64,000 nt of DNA, from NCBI GenBank assembly GCA_021161905.1, contig JAGGZT010000004.1, positions 73,884 to 137,883 on the forward strand. The letters are read 5' to 3'. This document shows, one piece after another, positions 1 through 9,970 of this stretch. The notes under the pieces are model-generated. The model did not search any database, was not told the DNA's origin, and saw only the letters and a list, made by a program, of their open reading frames with translations. Positions within the stretch are counted from its first letter, which is position 1. Each line of letters opens with the position of its first letter. The stretch is from Acidobacteriota bacterium (GTDB lineage Bacteria > Acidobacteriota > B3-B38 > Guanabaribacteriales > JAGGZT01). The translations under genes and the position numbers were made by a program.

Positions 1-1281
1 AATCGGCCGGAGCGAGCTTCACCTTTCCTACCTCGATAAAATTGGGTATCCGATGCTCCTTGGAGAACACCTTCTGAAGCCGGTTTACCGCAGAGCAGAA
101 ATCGGAGCGCAAAACCCTCTCCCCAGTGGTAGTAATGCGAGCAGTTGGTCCCTCAAATATGGGGGTTAATTTTACCCTGTTGGGTATTTTCCCCTCCTTT
201 TCATAAGAGGCGAAGAAGTTAACCAGAACGGAAAACACCTCGCCGGGAGAAAGGGAATAGCCATCCATAACAACAAAAGAGATGTTATCCACCACGGAAC
301 GGGCAAGAAGAAGTACTGAAGAGGGGGGATAGGAGGCTTCAGGAGCAAGATCGCGATAGAGATGAAGGAGTTCACTGCCTGAAACCGATCTTACCCCGGG
401 AAGGGAAAGGAGAAATTTGGTATATTCATCGAGATGCCTAAAGCTTAGCTCTATCTCCTCTTTTGAACGGAGAGGCGGTTTCACCCATTTACCAGGTGGG
501 GTATTCTTCCCCTCCTTGAAGTTAAGCCTATCCCAATAGGTCTTGGTAACGAACTCCAGAGGATGAGAATAGGTGCTTATCACTCCGCCACCCCGTTTCC
601 TTAGAAGCGACCAAGCCCGTTTTGCCTTTTCTTCTGCCCTTTTTAAATCATCCTCAGTAGCAAGGGCATGGAGTTTTATCACCGTGCTCCTCATTCGGTA
701 GATATTGAGTACGCCTAAATACCAGAAGGGCTGATTATCTATCCCTATGTGATCCCCCTCATCGAGGTAAAGCTTTATCCCCCACTCCCTGAGGACAGGG
801 TAAACCTGCGGTGCCCAAGCGGAGCCAGGTTGTCCATAACAGATGGGGACTCGTCCAAATACCCTCCTTACCGCCAGCTCCCCCTTCTCCTCGCGCCGTT
901 TAAACTCAGCGACGCCTTCAGCAAACCCCTTTCCCTTCAGATACTCTCCTATAGTGGGATGTATCGAATGATTGTAGCTATGGAAGCCAACTTCATGGAA
1001 AGCGAGGGCGGAGATGACTTCGGACAACCCCTTTTTCTCTATCTCCTCAGCCTTCATCCCTACCACCTTAAATACCGCTTTCACCCCATTCTTCCTCATA
1101 ATCTCCGCAATCCTTATCGCTGCCTCGTTGCTGGGATTCCCCGAGATATAATCCTCATAATCGAACCAGAAAACGACATAAACCGGAGGAGTATCCTTAT
1201 CCTTTGCGGTAGCAGGTGCTGAAAGGAGCAACCCAGGCAAAATAATGACGATGGAAACGAAAATGACCAAATATTTACGCA
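1..1281 (-). CDS. Secreted protein, 3' end cut by the window edge; tentatively polysaccharide-deacetylase-like (CE4/NodB-like)
   Basis: Minus-strand ATG at 1281-1279 with an AAGGAGA ribosome-binding site just upstream. N-terminus MRKYLVIFVSIVIILPGLLLSAPATAKDKDTPP is a signal peptide. Downstream motifs FWFDYEDY and GFHSYNHSIHP resemble NodB motifs. The ORF runs to position 1 with no stop, so it is partial. The family call is weak. Confidence 0.45.
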
Positions 1282-1448
1282 TTGGAGGTCTCCTTTAAGA
1301 GAAGTGTTATAGGTAGAACCCTCTGGATTTCAAATATATCAGTCCTTTCTTCGAAAAGTCAACCAAGAAGCAATTAGGGTTGAAACTCTCCTTTGACTTC
1401 TGGTATAGTAAAAAGGTCTTTATATTTTTTACTTATAGGAGAGGAATA

Positions 1449-2615
1449 ATGAAATTAGCCAAGAGAATGAGCAGATTAGGTACTGAGACCGCCTTCGAAG
1501 TATTGGCGAAAGCCAAAGAACTCGAGGCACAGGGAAAAAGTATAATTCACCTCGAAATAGGTGAACCAGATTTCGACACTCCGAAAAACATCCGCAAGGC
1601 GGGTGTTGAGGCGATAGAGAAGGGGTGGACTCACTATACCCCAGCTGCTGGTATACCTGAACTGAGAAAGGCGATCGCCGAATACATAAGCAAGACGCGG
1701 GGGATCGAGATTGACCCTAAAGAAGTGGTCGCCGTTCCCGGTGGTAAATCAATAATCTTCTTCACCATCCTCGCTCTGGTGGATGAGGGGGACGAGGTCA
1801 TCTATCCCAATCCTGGCTATCCCATCTACGAATCGGTGATCAACTTCGTAGGAGCAAAGGCGGTTCCCATTCCCCTAAAGGAGGAGAAGGATTTCAGGCT
1901 CGATATCTCAGAACTCGCGGGGCTGATCACTGACAGGACGAAGCTCATCATCATAAACTCCCCTCAGAACCCAACTGGTGGAGTACTCACCGAAGACGAT
2001 CTCTCCCAGATAGCTGAGCTCGTGAAGAAACATGACATATATGTTCTTTCAGATGAGATCTATAGCGAGATCCTCTATGATGGGGAGAAGCATCATTCGA
2101 TATCCAAGGTGCCGGGGATGAAGGAACGGACGATCATCCTCGACAGTTTCTCCAAGACCTTTGCTATGACCGGTTGGCGTCTGGGCTATGGGGTAATGCC
2201 CGTCGAGCTTGCGGAACAGATCACCAAGTTGATGATAAATTCAAATTCCTGCAATGCCGGTTTCACCCAAAAGGCAGGGGTGGAAGCACTTACCGGTCCC
2301 TGGGATGATGTAAGGGGTATGGTGGCGGAATTTACCAGGAGGCGCGATGTCATAGTCGAGGGATTGAATAAGATACCCGGTATAAGCTGTCGCAAGCCGA
2401 AGGGTGCTTTCTATGTCTTCCCCAATATAACGGGAACGGGAAAGGACAGCAAGTTTTTGGAAAGCTATCTCTTGGAGGAAGCGGGGGTAGCGGTTCTCTC
2501 GGGGACCGCTTTCGGGAAATATGGCGAAGGTTATCTCCGGCTTTCCTATGCTAATTCCTTAGAGAATATCAAAGAAGCACTCTCTCGGATAGATAAAGCC
2601 ATCCGAGCACTTTAA
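1449..2615 (+). CDS. Class I/II pyridoxal-phosphate-dependent aminotransferase (aspartate/aromatic aminotransferase family)
   Basis: Start MKLAKRMSRLG at 1449 follows TAGGAGAGG. The track ORF starts at 1380, but that N-terminal stretch looks like non-coding read-through. Motifs NPTGGVL, SFSKTFAMTGWRLGY (PLP-lysine region) and YLRLSYANS are typical of AspAT-type enzymes. Confidence 0.85.
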   Translation: MKLAKRMSRLGTETAFEVLAKAKELEAQGKSIIHLEIGEPDFDTPKNIRKAGVEAIEKGWTHYTPAAGIPELRKAIAEYISKTRGIEIDPKEVVAVPGGKSIIFFTILALVDEGDEVIYPNPGYPIYESVINFVGAKAVPIPLKEEKDFRLDISELAGLITDRTKLIIINSPQNPTGGVLTEDDLSQIAELVKKHDIYVLSDEIYSEILYDGEKHHSISKVPGMKERTIILDSFSKTFAMTGWRLGYGVMPVELAEQITKLMINSNSCNAGFTQKAGVEALTGPWDDVRGMVAEFTRRRDVIVEGLNKIPGISCRKPKGAFYVFPNITGTGKDSKFLESYLLEEAGVAVLSGTAFGKYGEGYLRLSYANSLENIKEALSRIDKAIRAL

Positions 2616-2642
2616 CCGAATCTCATCTCAAGGAGGGAGAAG

Positions 2643-4655
2643 ATGCCAATAATCGATTCCAAAACAGGAAAGGTGGTAAAAAAACTATCTCCAGCTGAGC
2701 TCAAAGAGGCAGCCAATCTTATGCGCGCTTACACCTTGGTAGCGCTTGCCGCCGCTCGTTCGGGCCATTCCGGAGGAAGTCTTTCGGTTATGGACATTAT
2801 GGCTGCTCTCTATCTCAACAAGATGCGGATCGATCCCAAAAACCCCTATTGGGAAGATCGCGACAGACTCATCCTCTCTACGGGCCATAAGGCGCCAGCC
2901 ATCTATATGGCGATGGCGTTTGCCGGATATTTCGATCCGGAAGAGGTTATGACCCTAAGGAAGCTGGGGAGCCCCTTCCAGGGTCATCCCCATTGGAAGA
3001 AGCTTCCCGGAATGGAGGCTTCAACCGGCTCCCTGGGACAGGGGTTGAGCATTGCCATTGGTATCGCCCTGAGGGGTAAGTTGGATAATAAAGACTATCG
3101 GGTCTACTGCATTATGGGAGACGGCGAGCAACAGGAAGGGCAGATATGGGAAGCGATAATGGAGGCGGGACATTACAAGCTGGACAACCTAACCGCCATA
3201 GTGGACAAAAACCGGCTCCAGATAGATGGCTGGGTACGCGAAGTAATGGATATCGACCCCTTAGCGGACAAATATCGCTCCTTCGGCTGGGAGGTAATCG
3301 AGATCGATGGCCACAACATTGAGGAGATACTGGAGGCGCTGGATAAGGCAGAGGGGATAAAGGGTAAACCCACCGTGATCATCGCTCATACGATAAAGGG
3401 TAAAGGGGTCGACTTTATGGAAGACCGGGCGGGTTGGCATGGCAAAGCACCTACTGTAGAACAGATGAAGGAGGCACTCGCTCAACTCAAGGTGGATCTG
3501 CCGGTGGACAAACTCCTCGCCAAGGCTGAAGAATACCAGAAGAAGGTGGAGGAGAAACTCAACGCCAAGATGCCCAAGTTCAGCCGGAACTACTGGTGGA
3601 ACGAAGCGAACAATATGAAGGTGGATATGGAGCCCACCAGAATGGGCTTCGGCAAAGCGCTCGATGAAATCGGTGATGACGAACGGATCATTGCCCTCGG
3701 TTGTGATATTTCCGGTTCGATCAAGATAAGCGATTTTTACGCCAACCATCCGGAGAGGAAGAACCGTTTCCTCTCAATGGGGATCGCAGAACAGAGCGCT
3801 ACCGGAGTAGCTGCGGGGCTGGCTAAAGAAGGAAAAATCGCCGTATTCGGAACCTATGCCGTCTTTTCTGCGGGAAGGAACCTCGACCAGGTGCGTACGA
3901 CCGTTTGTTACGGCGATTTCAATGTGAAGATCGCTGGAGCCCACGGCGGGGTTTCCGTTGGTCCTGATGGGGCTACCCACCAGGCATTGGAGGACCTCTT
4001 CCAGATGACCGGCCTCCCAAATATGCGGGTAGTCGTCCCCTGTGATTCCATCGAGACGAAAAAGGCAACCAAATATATCATCCTCGATCTGGTGGGACCT
4101 GCATATGTCCGATTTGCCCGAGAGGCCACTCCGATAGTCACCACTGAAGAGACCCCCTTCGTCTTCGGTAAAGCAAATGTTATAAGGTTTCGAGAGGAGA
4201 AACCTCGATTCATCGATGCCTTCGAGACGAAGCTGGAATCGGAGTACACCTCAGAAAACGAAGACATAACCATCATCGCTTGCGGACCAATGGTACCCGA
4301 GGCGATGCGCGCTGCTTACATCCTGAAGAAGGAGCACGGGATAGAGACAAGGATAATAAACCTCCACACTCTGAAACCGATCGATGAAGAGGCGATTATC
4401 CGTGCTGCCCGTGATACCGGGGTCATCCTCACCGCTGAGGAACATCAAGTAGGAGGATTGGGAAACCGGGTGGCAGCGGTAGTGGTTCGTGCCCGGGAGC
4501 TCTATAAGAAGCCGATCTTGATGGATATGGTTGGAGTTGACGATCGCTTTGGCGAATCTGGCTATCCCTGGGAGCTAATAAAGGAATTTGGCCTCTCCGC
4601 TGAACACATCGCAGTAAAGGCAAAGGAGCTCTATGACATAAAGAAAAAGGGCTAA
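2643..4655 (+). CDS. tkt: Transketolase, full length (N-terminal TPP-binding and C-terminal halves fused)
   Basis: AAGGAGGGAG ribosome-binding site. Motifs SGHSGGSLSVMDIMAALY, STGHKAPAIY, GSPFQGHPHW, GSLGQGLSIAIG, IMGDGEQQEG and NRLQIDG follow the transketolase pattern. The C-terminal pyrimidine-binding and TKC-like region is present. Confidence 0.85.
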   Translation: MPIIDSKTGKVVKKLSPAELKEAANLMRAYTLVALAAARSGHSGGSLSVMDIMAALYLNKMRIDPKNPYWEDRDRLILSTGHKAPAIYMAMAFAGYFDPEEVMTLRKLGSPFQGHPHWKKLPGMEASTGSLGQGLSIAIGIALRGKLDNKDYRVYCIMGDGEQQEGQIWEAIMEAGHYKLDNLTAIVDKNRLQIDGWVREVMDIDPLADKYRSFGWEVIEIDGHNIEEILEALDKAEGIKGKPTVIIAHTIKGKGVDFMEDRAGWHGKAPTVEQMKEALAQLKVDLPVDKLLAKAEEYQKKVEEKLNAKMPKFSRNYWWNEANNMKVDMEPTRMGFGKALDEIGDDERIIALGCDISGSIKISDFYANHPERKNRFLSMGIAEQSATGVAAGLAKEGKIAVFGTYAVFSAGRNLDQVRTTVCYGDFNVKIAGAHGGVSVGPDGATHQALEDLFQMTGLPNMRVVVPCDSIETKKATKYIILDLVGPAYVRFAREATPIVTTEETPFVFGKANVIRFREEKPRFIDAFETKLESEYTSENEDITIIACGPMVPEAMRAAYILKKEHGIETRIINLHTLKPIDEEAIIRAARDTGVILTAEEHQVGGLGNRVAAVVVRARELYKKPILMDMVGVDDRFGESGYPWELIKEFGLSAEHIAVKAKELYDIKKKG

Positions 4656-4688
4656 TCGGTCCTAACAACCTTGCTTAGAGAAAATAAA

Positions 4689-4710
4689 AAGGGCGGGTTT
4701 TCCCGCCCTT
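4689..4710. terminator. Bidirectional rho-independent terminator between convergent tkt and the radical SAM gene
   Basis: Perfect hairpin AAGGGCGGG-TTTT-CCCGCCCTT flanked by an A-run on one side and a T-run on the other. Confidence 0.8.
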
Positions 4711-4730
4711 AATTTTCCCCCCAATAAACA

Positions 4731-6365
4731 CTACCTTTCCTGCCTCTTTCTCCACTCCTCGAGTGGGATGGCGAATTCCCGTTCTACTCGTTCTCGATTG
4801 GTAGGACCTGAGTTGTAGCTGCAGAAGGGGTATATCTTGCCGTCAAGTGTGGAGTAATGGATAACACAACGACGAACCCTCTCCGTCTGGTAATTGTAAG
4901 CGTCCATAAAGTGCATCCCAGCAACGAACATATAGCTTATCCTATCTTTCCCCCATTTACCGCTTCTTCCTATCTTTTTATCGATCAACCCGTAGAGAGA
5001 TTCGATAAAGTCGAAGTAGGAGAGACCAGGTGGAGCATACTTCTCCCGATAATATTTCTTAAAGTTATGGTAAAAGAGAAGTTTTGCAGGAAGTTTAAGC
5101 CAAGAATGTTCCAGCCTCTCCGCCCGTTCATAGAGCTCGGTAAGGAACCCCTCGACATCAACGAACCTGGTAACTGGATAAACATTACCATCTTTGTCAA
5201 TGTAGATAAATGTTCCCAATCCACAGTGAGGATGGCAGGTAACATTCACCATTTTAGTCCCGGTAAGTGCCTTTATGAATTTGGGAAAAGGAGAGACGCA
5301 ACTCACTGGATACCAGTCGTCCTTGGTAGAGATAAGACCTGTTTGCTCCTCAATACAGCGCGCCATATCGGGAAGGGTAAACCGCATTTTCATCCGCTCA
5401 GTAGCATCTATCCTCCCGGTGAAGGTAACCGGCTGGGCACTGATCCCGGAGATCACATCTCGGTTCTCGATGGCATAAAGGAGGATAGGACCAACCTGAT
5501 GATCGTTAATCGTATTTACTATGGTGGGAACAAGAACTACCTTCATCCCCGCTTTGCGGAAGTTATCCACCACCTTATCCTTGATGGCGAAAAGCTTTCT
5601 CCCCCGCGTTTTCTCATAAACTGTGTCATCCACCCCATCAAACTGGAGGTAAATGGTATGAAGGCCTGCTTCCTTGCACCGAAGGGTAAAATCAAAATCA
5701 GCGAACTTCAAACCATTGGAGGCCACCTGGATATGAGTATAACCCAACTCTCTTGCTGCGGCTATTATCTCCACAAACTGGGGGTGAAGCGTTGGCTCGC
5801 CCCCGGCGAACTGAACCGCAGTGGCGGGATCTGGCTTCTCCTCGCGAGGACGTCTAAGCATCTCCAACACCTGATCGAAGGTGGGCTCCACCACGAAACC
5901 AGCAGCATTAGCATTGGCAAAGCAGATGGGACAACTGAGATTACACCGATTAGTGAGATCGATGTTGATCAAACAGCTGGTACTGGTATGAAGATTACAA
6001 AGACCACAGGAATAAGGGCAACCTTTGGTATTCTCGGTAAGGGGATTTTCAAACCCTTCCCCATCCATAAAGTGCCACCGCTCTGCCTTAAGATACAGGT
6101 CCACATCCGACCAGTAGAGGTCCTTGAAGTATCCATGCTCGGGGCAGGTCTTCTCCATCATCACTCTACCGTTTTCTTCGAACATACGCGCCGGAATCAC
6201 CTTCAAGCATTCAGGGCATAGCGATTCCACCGTTTTTGGCAAACCACGGGTGATCGGTTTTATAGGGGCGCCGGTACGAGTCTGGCGTATCTCCCTTTTC
6301 TCCTCTACCGCTGTCCCACCATTCCTCAGCGTTTTCCTCAAGTTAGAAAGTATCCCCATCTTCAC
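4731..6365 (-). CDS. Radical SAM enzyme with N-terminal zinc ribbon and an extra Cys cluster (Tes/tetraether-lipid-synthase-like architecture)
   Basis: 544 aa. N-terminal CPECLKV...CPEHG zinc ribbon, then CPYSCGLC, then the radical SAM CxxxCxxC motif in NRCNLSCPICFAN. FAGGEPTLHP is the glycine-rich SAM-binding motif. A ~250 aa C-terminal domain follows with few cysteines, so this is not a SPASM-type enzyme. Confidence 0.7.
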   Translation of the reverse strand: MKMGILSNLRKTLRNGGTAVEEKREIRQTRTGAPIKPITRGLPKTVESLCPECLKVIPARMFEENGRVMMEKTCPEHGYFKDLYWSDVDLYLKAERWHFMDGEGFENPLTENTKGCPYSCGLCNLHTSTSCLINIDLTNRCNLSCPICFANANAAGFVVEPTFDQVLEMLRRPREEKPDPATAVQFAGGEPTLHPQFVEIIAAARELGYTHIQVASNGLKFADFDFTLRCKEAGLHTIYLQFDGVDDTVYEKTRGRKLFAIKDKVVDNFRKAGMKVVLVPTIVNTINDHQVGPILLYAIENRDVISGISAQPVTFTGRIDATERMKMRFTLPDMARCIEEQTGLISTKDDWYPVSCVSPFPKFIKALTGTKMVNVTCHPHCGLGTFIYIDKDGNVYPVTRFVDVEGFLTELYERAERLEHSWLKLPAKLLFYHNFKKYYREKYAPPGLSYFDFIESLYGLIDKKIGRSGKWGKDRISYMFVAGMHFMDAYNYQTERVRRCVIHYSTLDGKIYPFCSYNSGPTNRERVEREFAIPLEEWRKRQER

Positions 6366-6563
6366 ACCCCCTTGAAAATCTTTTTAGAATATGCTCTCTT
6401 CTTTTTTGAGAAAAAAACTCTTCCTCCTTCCAATTTAGAACTTATTATACCACAATAACCCAGGGGAAAGACAAAATTTAAAAATTTTTTCCTTTTTATC
6501 TCCGCTATAATCTGATATAATTATTGTGAAATCTGATAATTAGGTGGGAGAAGGGGGTTCCTT

Positions 6564-7052
6564 ATGAAGAAAATAGCAATAGGGGTGAGTATCTTATTGG
6601 TAGCTTCACTTGCTTATGGTGGCGGTTTTTTGAAAGGTGGGATAATCGTTCATCCCGATGTGGGGGGAATCTCCGAACGATGGCTCATCTCCACAGGAAG
6701 TGACTATTACATCGGAGATATGGTGGCTTTGGGACTTGAGATCCAAACCGCCTACCATAGTTCGAATAACATCAGCTCCGTACCCCTAAATGGGTTCATC
6801 AACCTGAAGGTAAGACCCAACCTTTCTGGGGTAAAGCCGGTGGTAGGAGTAGGATTTGGCCTGATGAGCAATCTCCTTTGGGGAGATAATGTTGACCTAA
6901 CCTTCTCCAAAAACACAGGGATGCATCTCATCGGAGGACTTGAATTCGGAATGAGTCATGGACCCGCTTTTACTGTAGAGCTACAGGCACTCCGTTCATT
7001 CGCTACCGGCGCGAGCTTTACCTATGTTATCTTGGGAGGCGTGAGGTTTTAA
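6564..7052 (+). CDS. Small outer-membrane beta-barrel protein (OmpW/OmpA-like 8-strand barrel family)
   Basis: GGTGGGAGAAGGGGG ribosome-binding site. Signal peptide MKKIAIGVSILLVASLAYGG. Alternating hydrophobic beta-strand pattern and a C-terminal aromatic residue (...ILGGVRF). Confidence 0.6.
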   Translation: MKKIAIGVSILLVASLAYGGGFLKGGIIVHPDVGGISERWLISTGSDYYIGDMVALGLEIQTAYHSSNNISSVPLNGFINLKVRPNLSGVKPVVGVGFGLMSNLLWGDNVDLTFSKNTGMHLIGGLEFGMSHGPAFTVELQALRSFATGASFTYVILGGVRF

Positions 7053-7057
7053 TAAAA

Positions 7058-7099
7058 GACCCCCCTTCTTACTCTGCCGAGCAAAAGAAGGGGGGGTCG
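7058..7099. terminator. Bidirectional rho-independent terminator between the OMP gene and apt
   Basis: GACCCCCCTTCTT ... AAGAAGGGGGGGTC inverted repeat with a 15-nt loop, flanked by T/A runs. Confidence 0.65.
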
Positions 7100-7103
7100 C
7101 TTA

Positions 7104-7619
7104 TTAAAATTCTATAAGTGAGAAAACATCGTAATCCCTAAGCTTATTCCTTCCCTTCAAGAAAGTGAGCTCAATAAGAAAAGCCACCCCTAAAACCTTA
7201 CCGCCCAGCTTCTCCACCAACTCACAGGCTGCTTTCGCCGTTCCCCCAGTGGCGATTAGGTCATCCACGATGAGAACATTCTGCCCCGATTTTATTGCAT
7301 CGCGATGGAGCTCGATGGAATCGGTGCCATATTCGAGCTCATAGGTGGCGGAAATCGTCTCTGCGGGGAGCTTCCCCGGTTTCCGTGCCGGAATGAAACC
7401 CACCCCCAGCTTATAAGCAACTGCAGCGGCGAAGATAAAACCTCGAGATTCAATCCCCAACACCAAATCGACCGGTTTCCCCTCAAAGGGCTCAGCCAGG
7501 CGGTCAACCGCTTCCCGAAATGCCTCTTTATCCTTCAAAAGAGTGGTGATATCTTTAAAAATAATACCTTTCTTGGGAAAATCTGGTATATCCCGAATCT
7601 TCTCGGCTAAATTTGTCAC
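7104..7619 (-). CDS. apt: Adenine phosphoribosyltransferase
   Basis: [19 protein letters not shown] and the PRPP-binding motif [16 protein letters not shown]; 171 aa. Confidence 0.9.
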   Translation of the reverse strand: MTNLAEKIRDIPDFPKKGIIFKDITTLLKDKEAFREAVDRLAEPFEGKPVDLVLGIESRGFIFAAAVAYKLGVGFIPARKPGKLPAETISATYELEYGTDSIELHRDAIKSGQNVLIVDDLIATGGTAKAACELVEKLGGKVLGVAFLIELTFLKGRNKLRDYDVFSLIEF

Positions 7620-7641
7620 TGGTTATCCTCCTTTGGGATGG

Positions 7642-7914
7642 TTAATATTTGACCATAAACGACTGATATGAACCCTTCGGCGTCTCCTCCTTTACCTCTA
7701 CGGAAACGACAATAGCCGCCGGAGGACCTTTGGAGAGCCGGTGATAAAACTCCTTGATCCTCTCCTTCTCCCCCTCGGCATAAACCTCTACTCGGCCATC
7801 AGGAAGATTACGAACCCAACCGGTAATGTCGAGCTCACTCGCCTGAGCAATGGCGAAGTAACGAAAACCAACCCCCTGCACCCTTCCCGAGATGAAAAAC
7901 CTTCGGGCAATCAT
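7642..7914 (-). CDS. acyP: Acylphosphatase
   Basis: 90 aa with GRVQGVGFRYF and GWVRNLPDGRVEV acylphosphatase signatures. Confidence 0.9.
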   Translation of the reverse strand: MIARRFFISGRVQGVGFRYFAIAQASELDITGWVRNLPDGRVEVYAEGEKERIKEFYHRLSKGPPAAIVVSVEVKEETPKGSYQSFMVKY

Positions 7915-7952
7915 AAAGAAGACCTTACTTAAGAAAAAGTTAAGAGCAACAA

Positions 7953-8030
<78 letters not shown>

Positions 8031-8081
8031 ACCACTCTGCTAAAAATATAAATTAAAACCCCTCCCCTGACAAGCCCCTTT

Positions 8082-8699
8082 TTATTTGAGCAAATGCTTA
8101 ACAAGGAGGAACCCGAGGACCAGAGCGACCACAAATATGATGGTAAGGAGGTTGAAATAGCGTTCAATGAACTCCTTTATTTTGGCGCCAAATTTATAGA
8201 TCAAACCTCCAACCAAGAAAAAACGGGCAGAACGACTAATTGTAGAGGCAACAAGAAACACCACAAAGTTTATCTTGAACGCTCCCGCCGCTATGGTGAA
8301 CACCTTGTACGGTATAGGGGTAAATCCGGCGATCCCCACTGCCCAGGCGTTATATGTCTCATAAAGATGCTTTATCCGATAGTACTCATTCATTACCCCA
8401 TAGAAGGTAAGTATCCGCTCGCCAACAAGGTTGAAAAGCTGAAGCCCGATATAGTAACCGAACATTCCACCGATCACTGATCCTACAGAACATATCGCGG
8501 CGTAGAAAAAAGACCGCTTGGGCTTGCTGATCGAAAGGGCGATGAGGAGAACATCAGGGGGAACAGGGAAAAAGGAGGATTCGGCAAAAGCGAGCCCGAA
8601 TAAAGCAGGGCTCCCATACGGGGTCTCTGCCCAATGAAGAACCCAATCGTACAACCTCCGGATGATATGAGGACGCTTCTCTGAACTGCTTTTACCCAT
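8082..8699 (-). CDS. DedA/YqaA-family (VTT domain) inner-membrane protein
   Basis: LFGLAFAESSFFPVPPDVLLIALS is a VTT/SNARE-associated signature. 205 aa with about 4-5 TM segments. Confidence 0.65.
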   Translation of the reverse strand: MGKSSSEKRPHIIRRLYDWVLHWAETPYGSPALFGLAFAESSFFPVPPDVLLIALSISKPKRSFFYAAICSVGSVIGGMFGYYIGLQLFNLVGERILTFYGVMNEYYRIKHLYETYNAWAVGIAGFTPIPYKVFTIAAGAFKINFVVFLVASTISRSARFFLVGGLIYKFGAKIKEFIERYFNLLTIIFVVALVLGFLLVKHLLK

Positions 8700-8702
8700 T
8701 AT

Positions 8703-9461
8703 TCATCCTTCAAGAAACGAGGCAAATTCCTTTTCCCAATCCTCTTTCAACTGGGGAAGTAGTTGGTAATCCGTCAAATCGAGCTTAAGGGGGGTGATTG
8801 AGATATAGCCTCTTTTCAAAGCGCCAATGTCAGTATCCTCCGGCTCTCCCTCGGGATAATGTTGGGGACCAATCCAGTAATAGAGCTTCCCTCGGGGGTC
8901 AACCCGCTCCAGAACCGATTCCCCTCCGCTTCTCCTTCCTTGTCGCGTGATTCTGACCCCTTTGATCTCGGAAGAGGGCACATTGACATTGAGAAATCTC
9001 CCTGGGGGAAGGGGGGATTTAATAAGTTTAGAGGATAAAACCTTGGCGAACAAAGCTGGCTTTTTGAAATCACCATCGGAATCCTCAAAAGAGATGGCAA
9101 AGGATGAAACACCGAGCAACGCCCCCTCCATAGCTCCTGCAACGGTGCCCGAATAGGTGATATCGTCAGCAAGGTTCACCCCTCTGTTTATCCCGGAGAC
9201 AACAAGGGCAGGCTTTGCTGGAAGCAATTTAAGCACCCCAAGGAGAACGCAGTCGGTAGGGGTGCCACATACCGCATATCTCTGAGGGGCGATCTTCTCC
9301 GCTCGGAGCGGTTGATTAAGGGTAATGGCATGGCTTACCGAGCTCACCTCTCGCTCAGGAGCCACCACCCATACCTCGCCTACCGCCTCAAGCTCCTCAG
9401 CCAACATCTTTATCCCGGATGAAAGGATACCGTCATCATTGGTCACCAATATGATCGCCAT
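8703..9461 (-). CDS. surE: 5'/3'-nucleotidase SurE
   Basis: N-terminus MAIILVTNDDGILSSGI and the GINRGVNL motif. Length and overall pattern match SurE. Confidence 0.9.
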   Translation of the reverse strand: MAIILVTNDDGILSSGIKMLAEELEAVGEVWVVAPEREVSSVSHAITLNQPLRAEKIAPQRYAVCGTPTDCVLLGVLKLLPAKPALVVSGINRGVNLADDITYSGTVAGAMEGALLGVSSFAISFEDSDGDFKKPALFAKVLSSKLIKSPLPPGRFLNVNVPSSEIKGVRITRQGRRSGGESVLERVDPRGKLYYWIGPQHYPEGEPEDTDIGALKRGYISITPLKLDLTDYQLLPQLKEDWEKEFASFLEG

Positions 9462-9488
9462 AATTCCCTCGTGAAAGATAACAAAAAA

Positions 9489-9567
9489 TGGTCGGGACGA
9501 GAGGATTTGAACCTCCGACCTCTGGACCCCCAGTCCAGCGCGCTAAACCAGCCTGCGCCACGTCCCG
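9489..9567 (-). tRNA. tRNA-Pro (anticodon GGG)
   Basis: Reverse-complement cloverleaf: acceptor CGGGACG/CGTCCCG, anticodon arm CTGGA-CTGGGGG-TCCAG (GGG), T-arm GGAGG-TTCAAAT-CCTCT, encoded CCA. The 3' half is nearly identical to the tRNA-Pro(CGG) at 7953-8030. Confidence 0.88.
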
Positions 9568-9574
9568 ACCCGAT

Positions 9575-9970
9575 TCATTTATTAACATCTCGCTCCAAGA
9601 TTGTCAAGAGATCGCTAAGCTCTTTTTTCACCCTCCTCAATATATCCCTTGCCTCATCCCCGCCAGAGGCAGAAATGGGGGGAGCTCCCTCCTTTCTCCT
9701 TCCAGCCAGCTCTTCAACGAGTTTCTTCCTCGCACCAGCGATGGTGTACCTCTCTTCGTAAAGGAGTTTCTTTATCTTAAGAACAATCTCGACATCACGG
9801 CGGGAATAAATCCGCTGTCCCGAAGAATTCTTCTCTGGGGAAAGGGGTTTAAACTCCGTCTCCCAATACCTAAGGACATAAGGGGGAACACCAACGATTT
9901 CCGCCACTTCTCCTATCTTAAAGTAGAGCTTTTCGCCCAACATCCTGTTCTTAAGCTTATCACTTGTCAT
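9575..9970 (-). CDS. MerR-family transcriptional regulator
   Basis: N-terminal HTH YFKIGEVAEIVGVPPYVLRYWETEF, the typical MerR recognition helix, followed by a coiled-coil C-terminus. Confidence 0.85.
   Translation of the reverse strand: MTSDKLKNRMLGEKLYFKIGEVAEIVGVPPYVLRYWETEFKPLSPEKNSSGQRIYSRRDVEIVLKIKKLLYEERYTIAGARKKLVEELAGRRKEGAPPISASGGDEARDILRRVKKELSDLLTILERDVNK

Noticed and set aside
1380-1448. Longer N-terminus (MKLSFDFWYSKKVFIFFTYRRGI) for the aminotransferase
   Set aside because: A strong TAGGAGAGG ribosome-binding site precedes the internal ATG at 1449. The extension is AT-rich and hydrophobic junk typical of promoter read-through.
4857-6221. 454-aa ORF on the + strand inside the radical SAM gene
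   Set aside because: It is an antisense shadow ORF in a GC-biased region. The minus-strand frame carries clear radical SAM motifs and the + frame has none.
8034-8081. C-rich stretch (CCCCTCCCCTGACAAGCCCC) downstream of the yqaA-like gene as a terminator
   Set aside because: The C-runs have no complementary G-runs. No hairpin can form.
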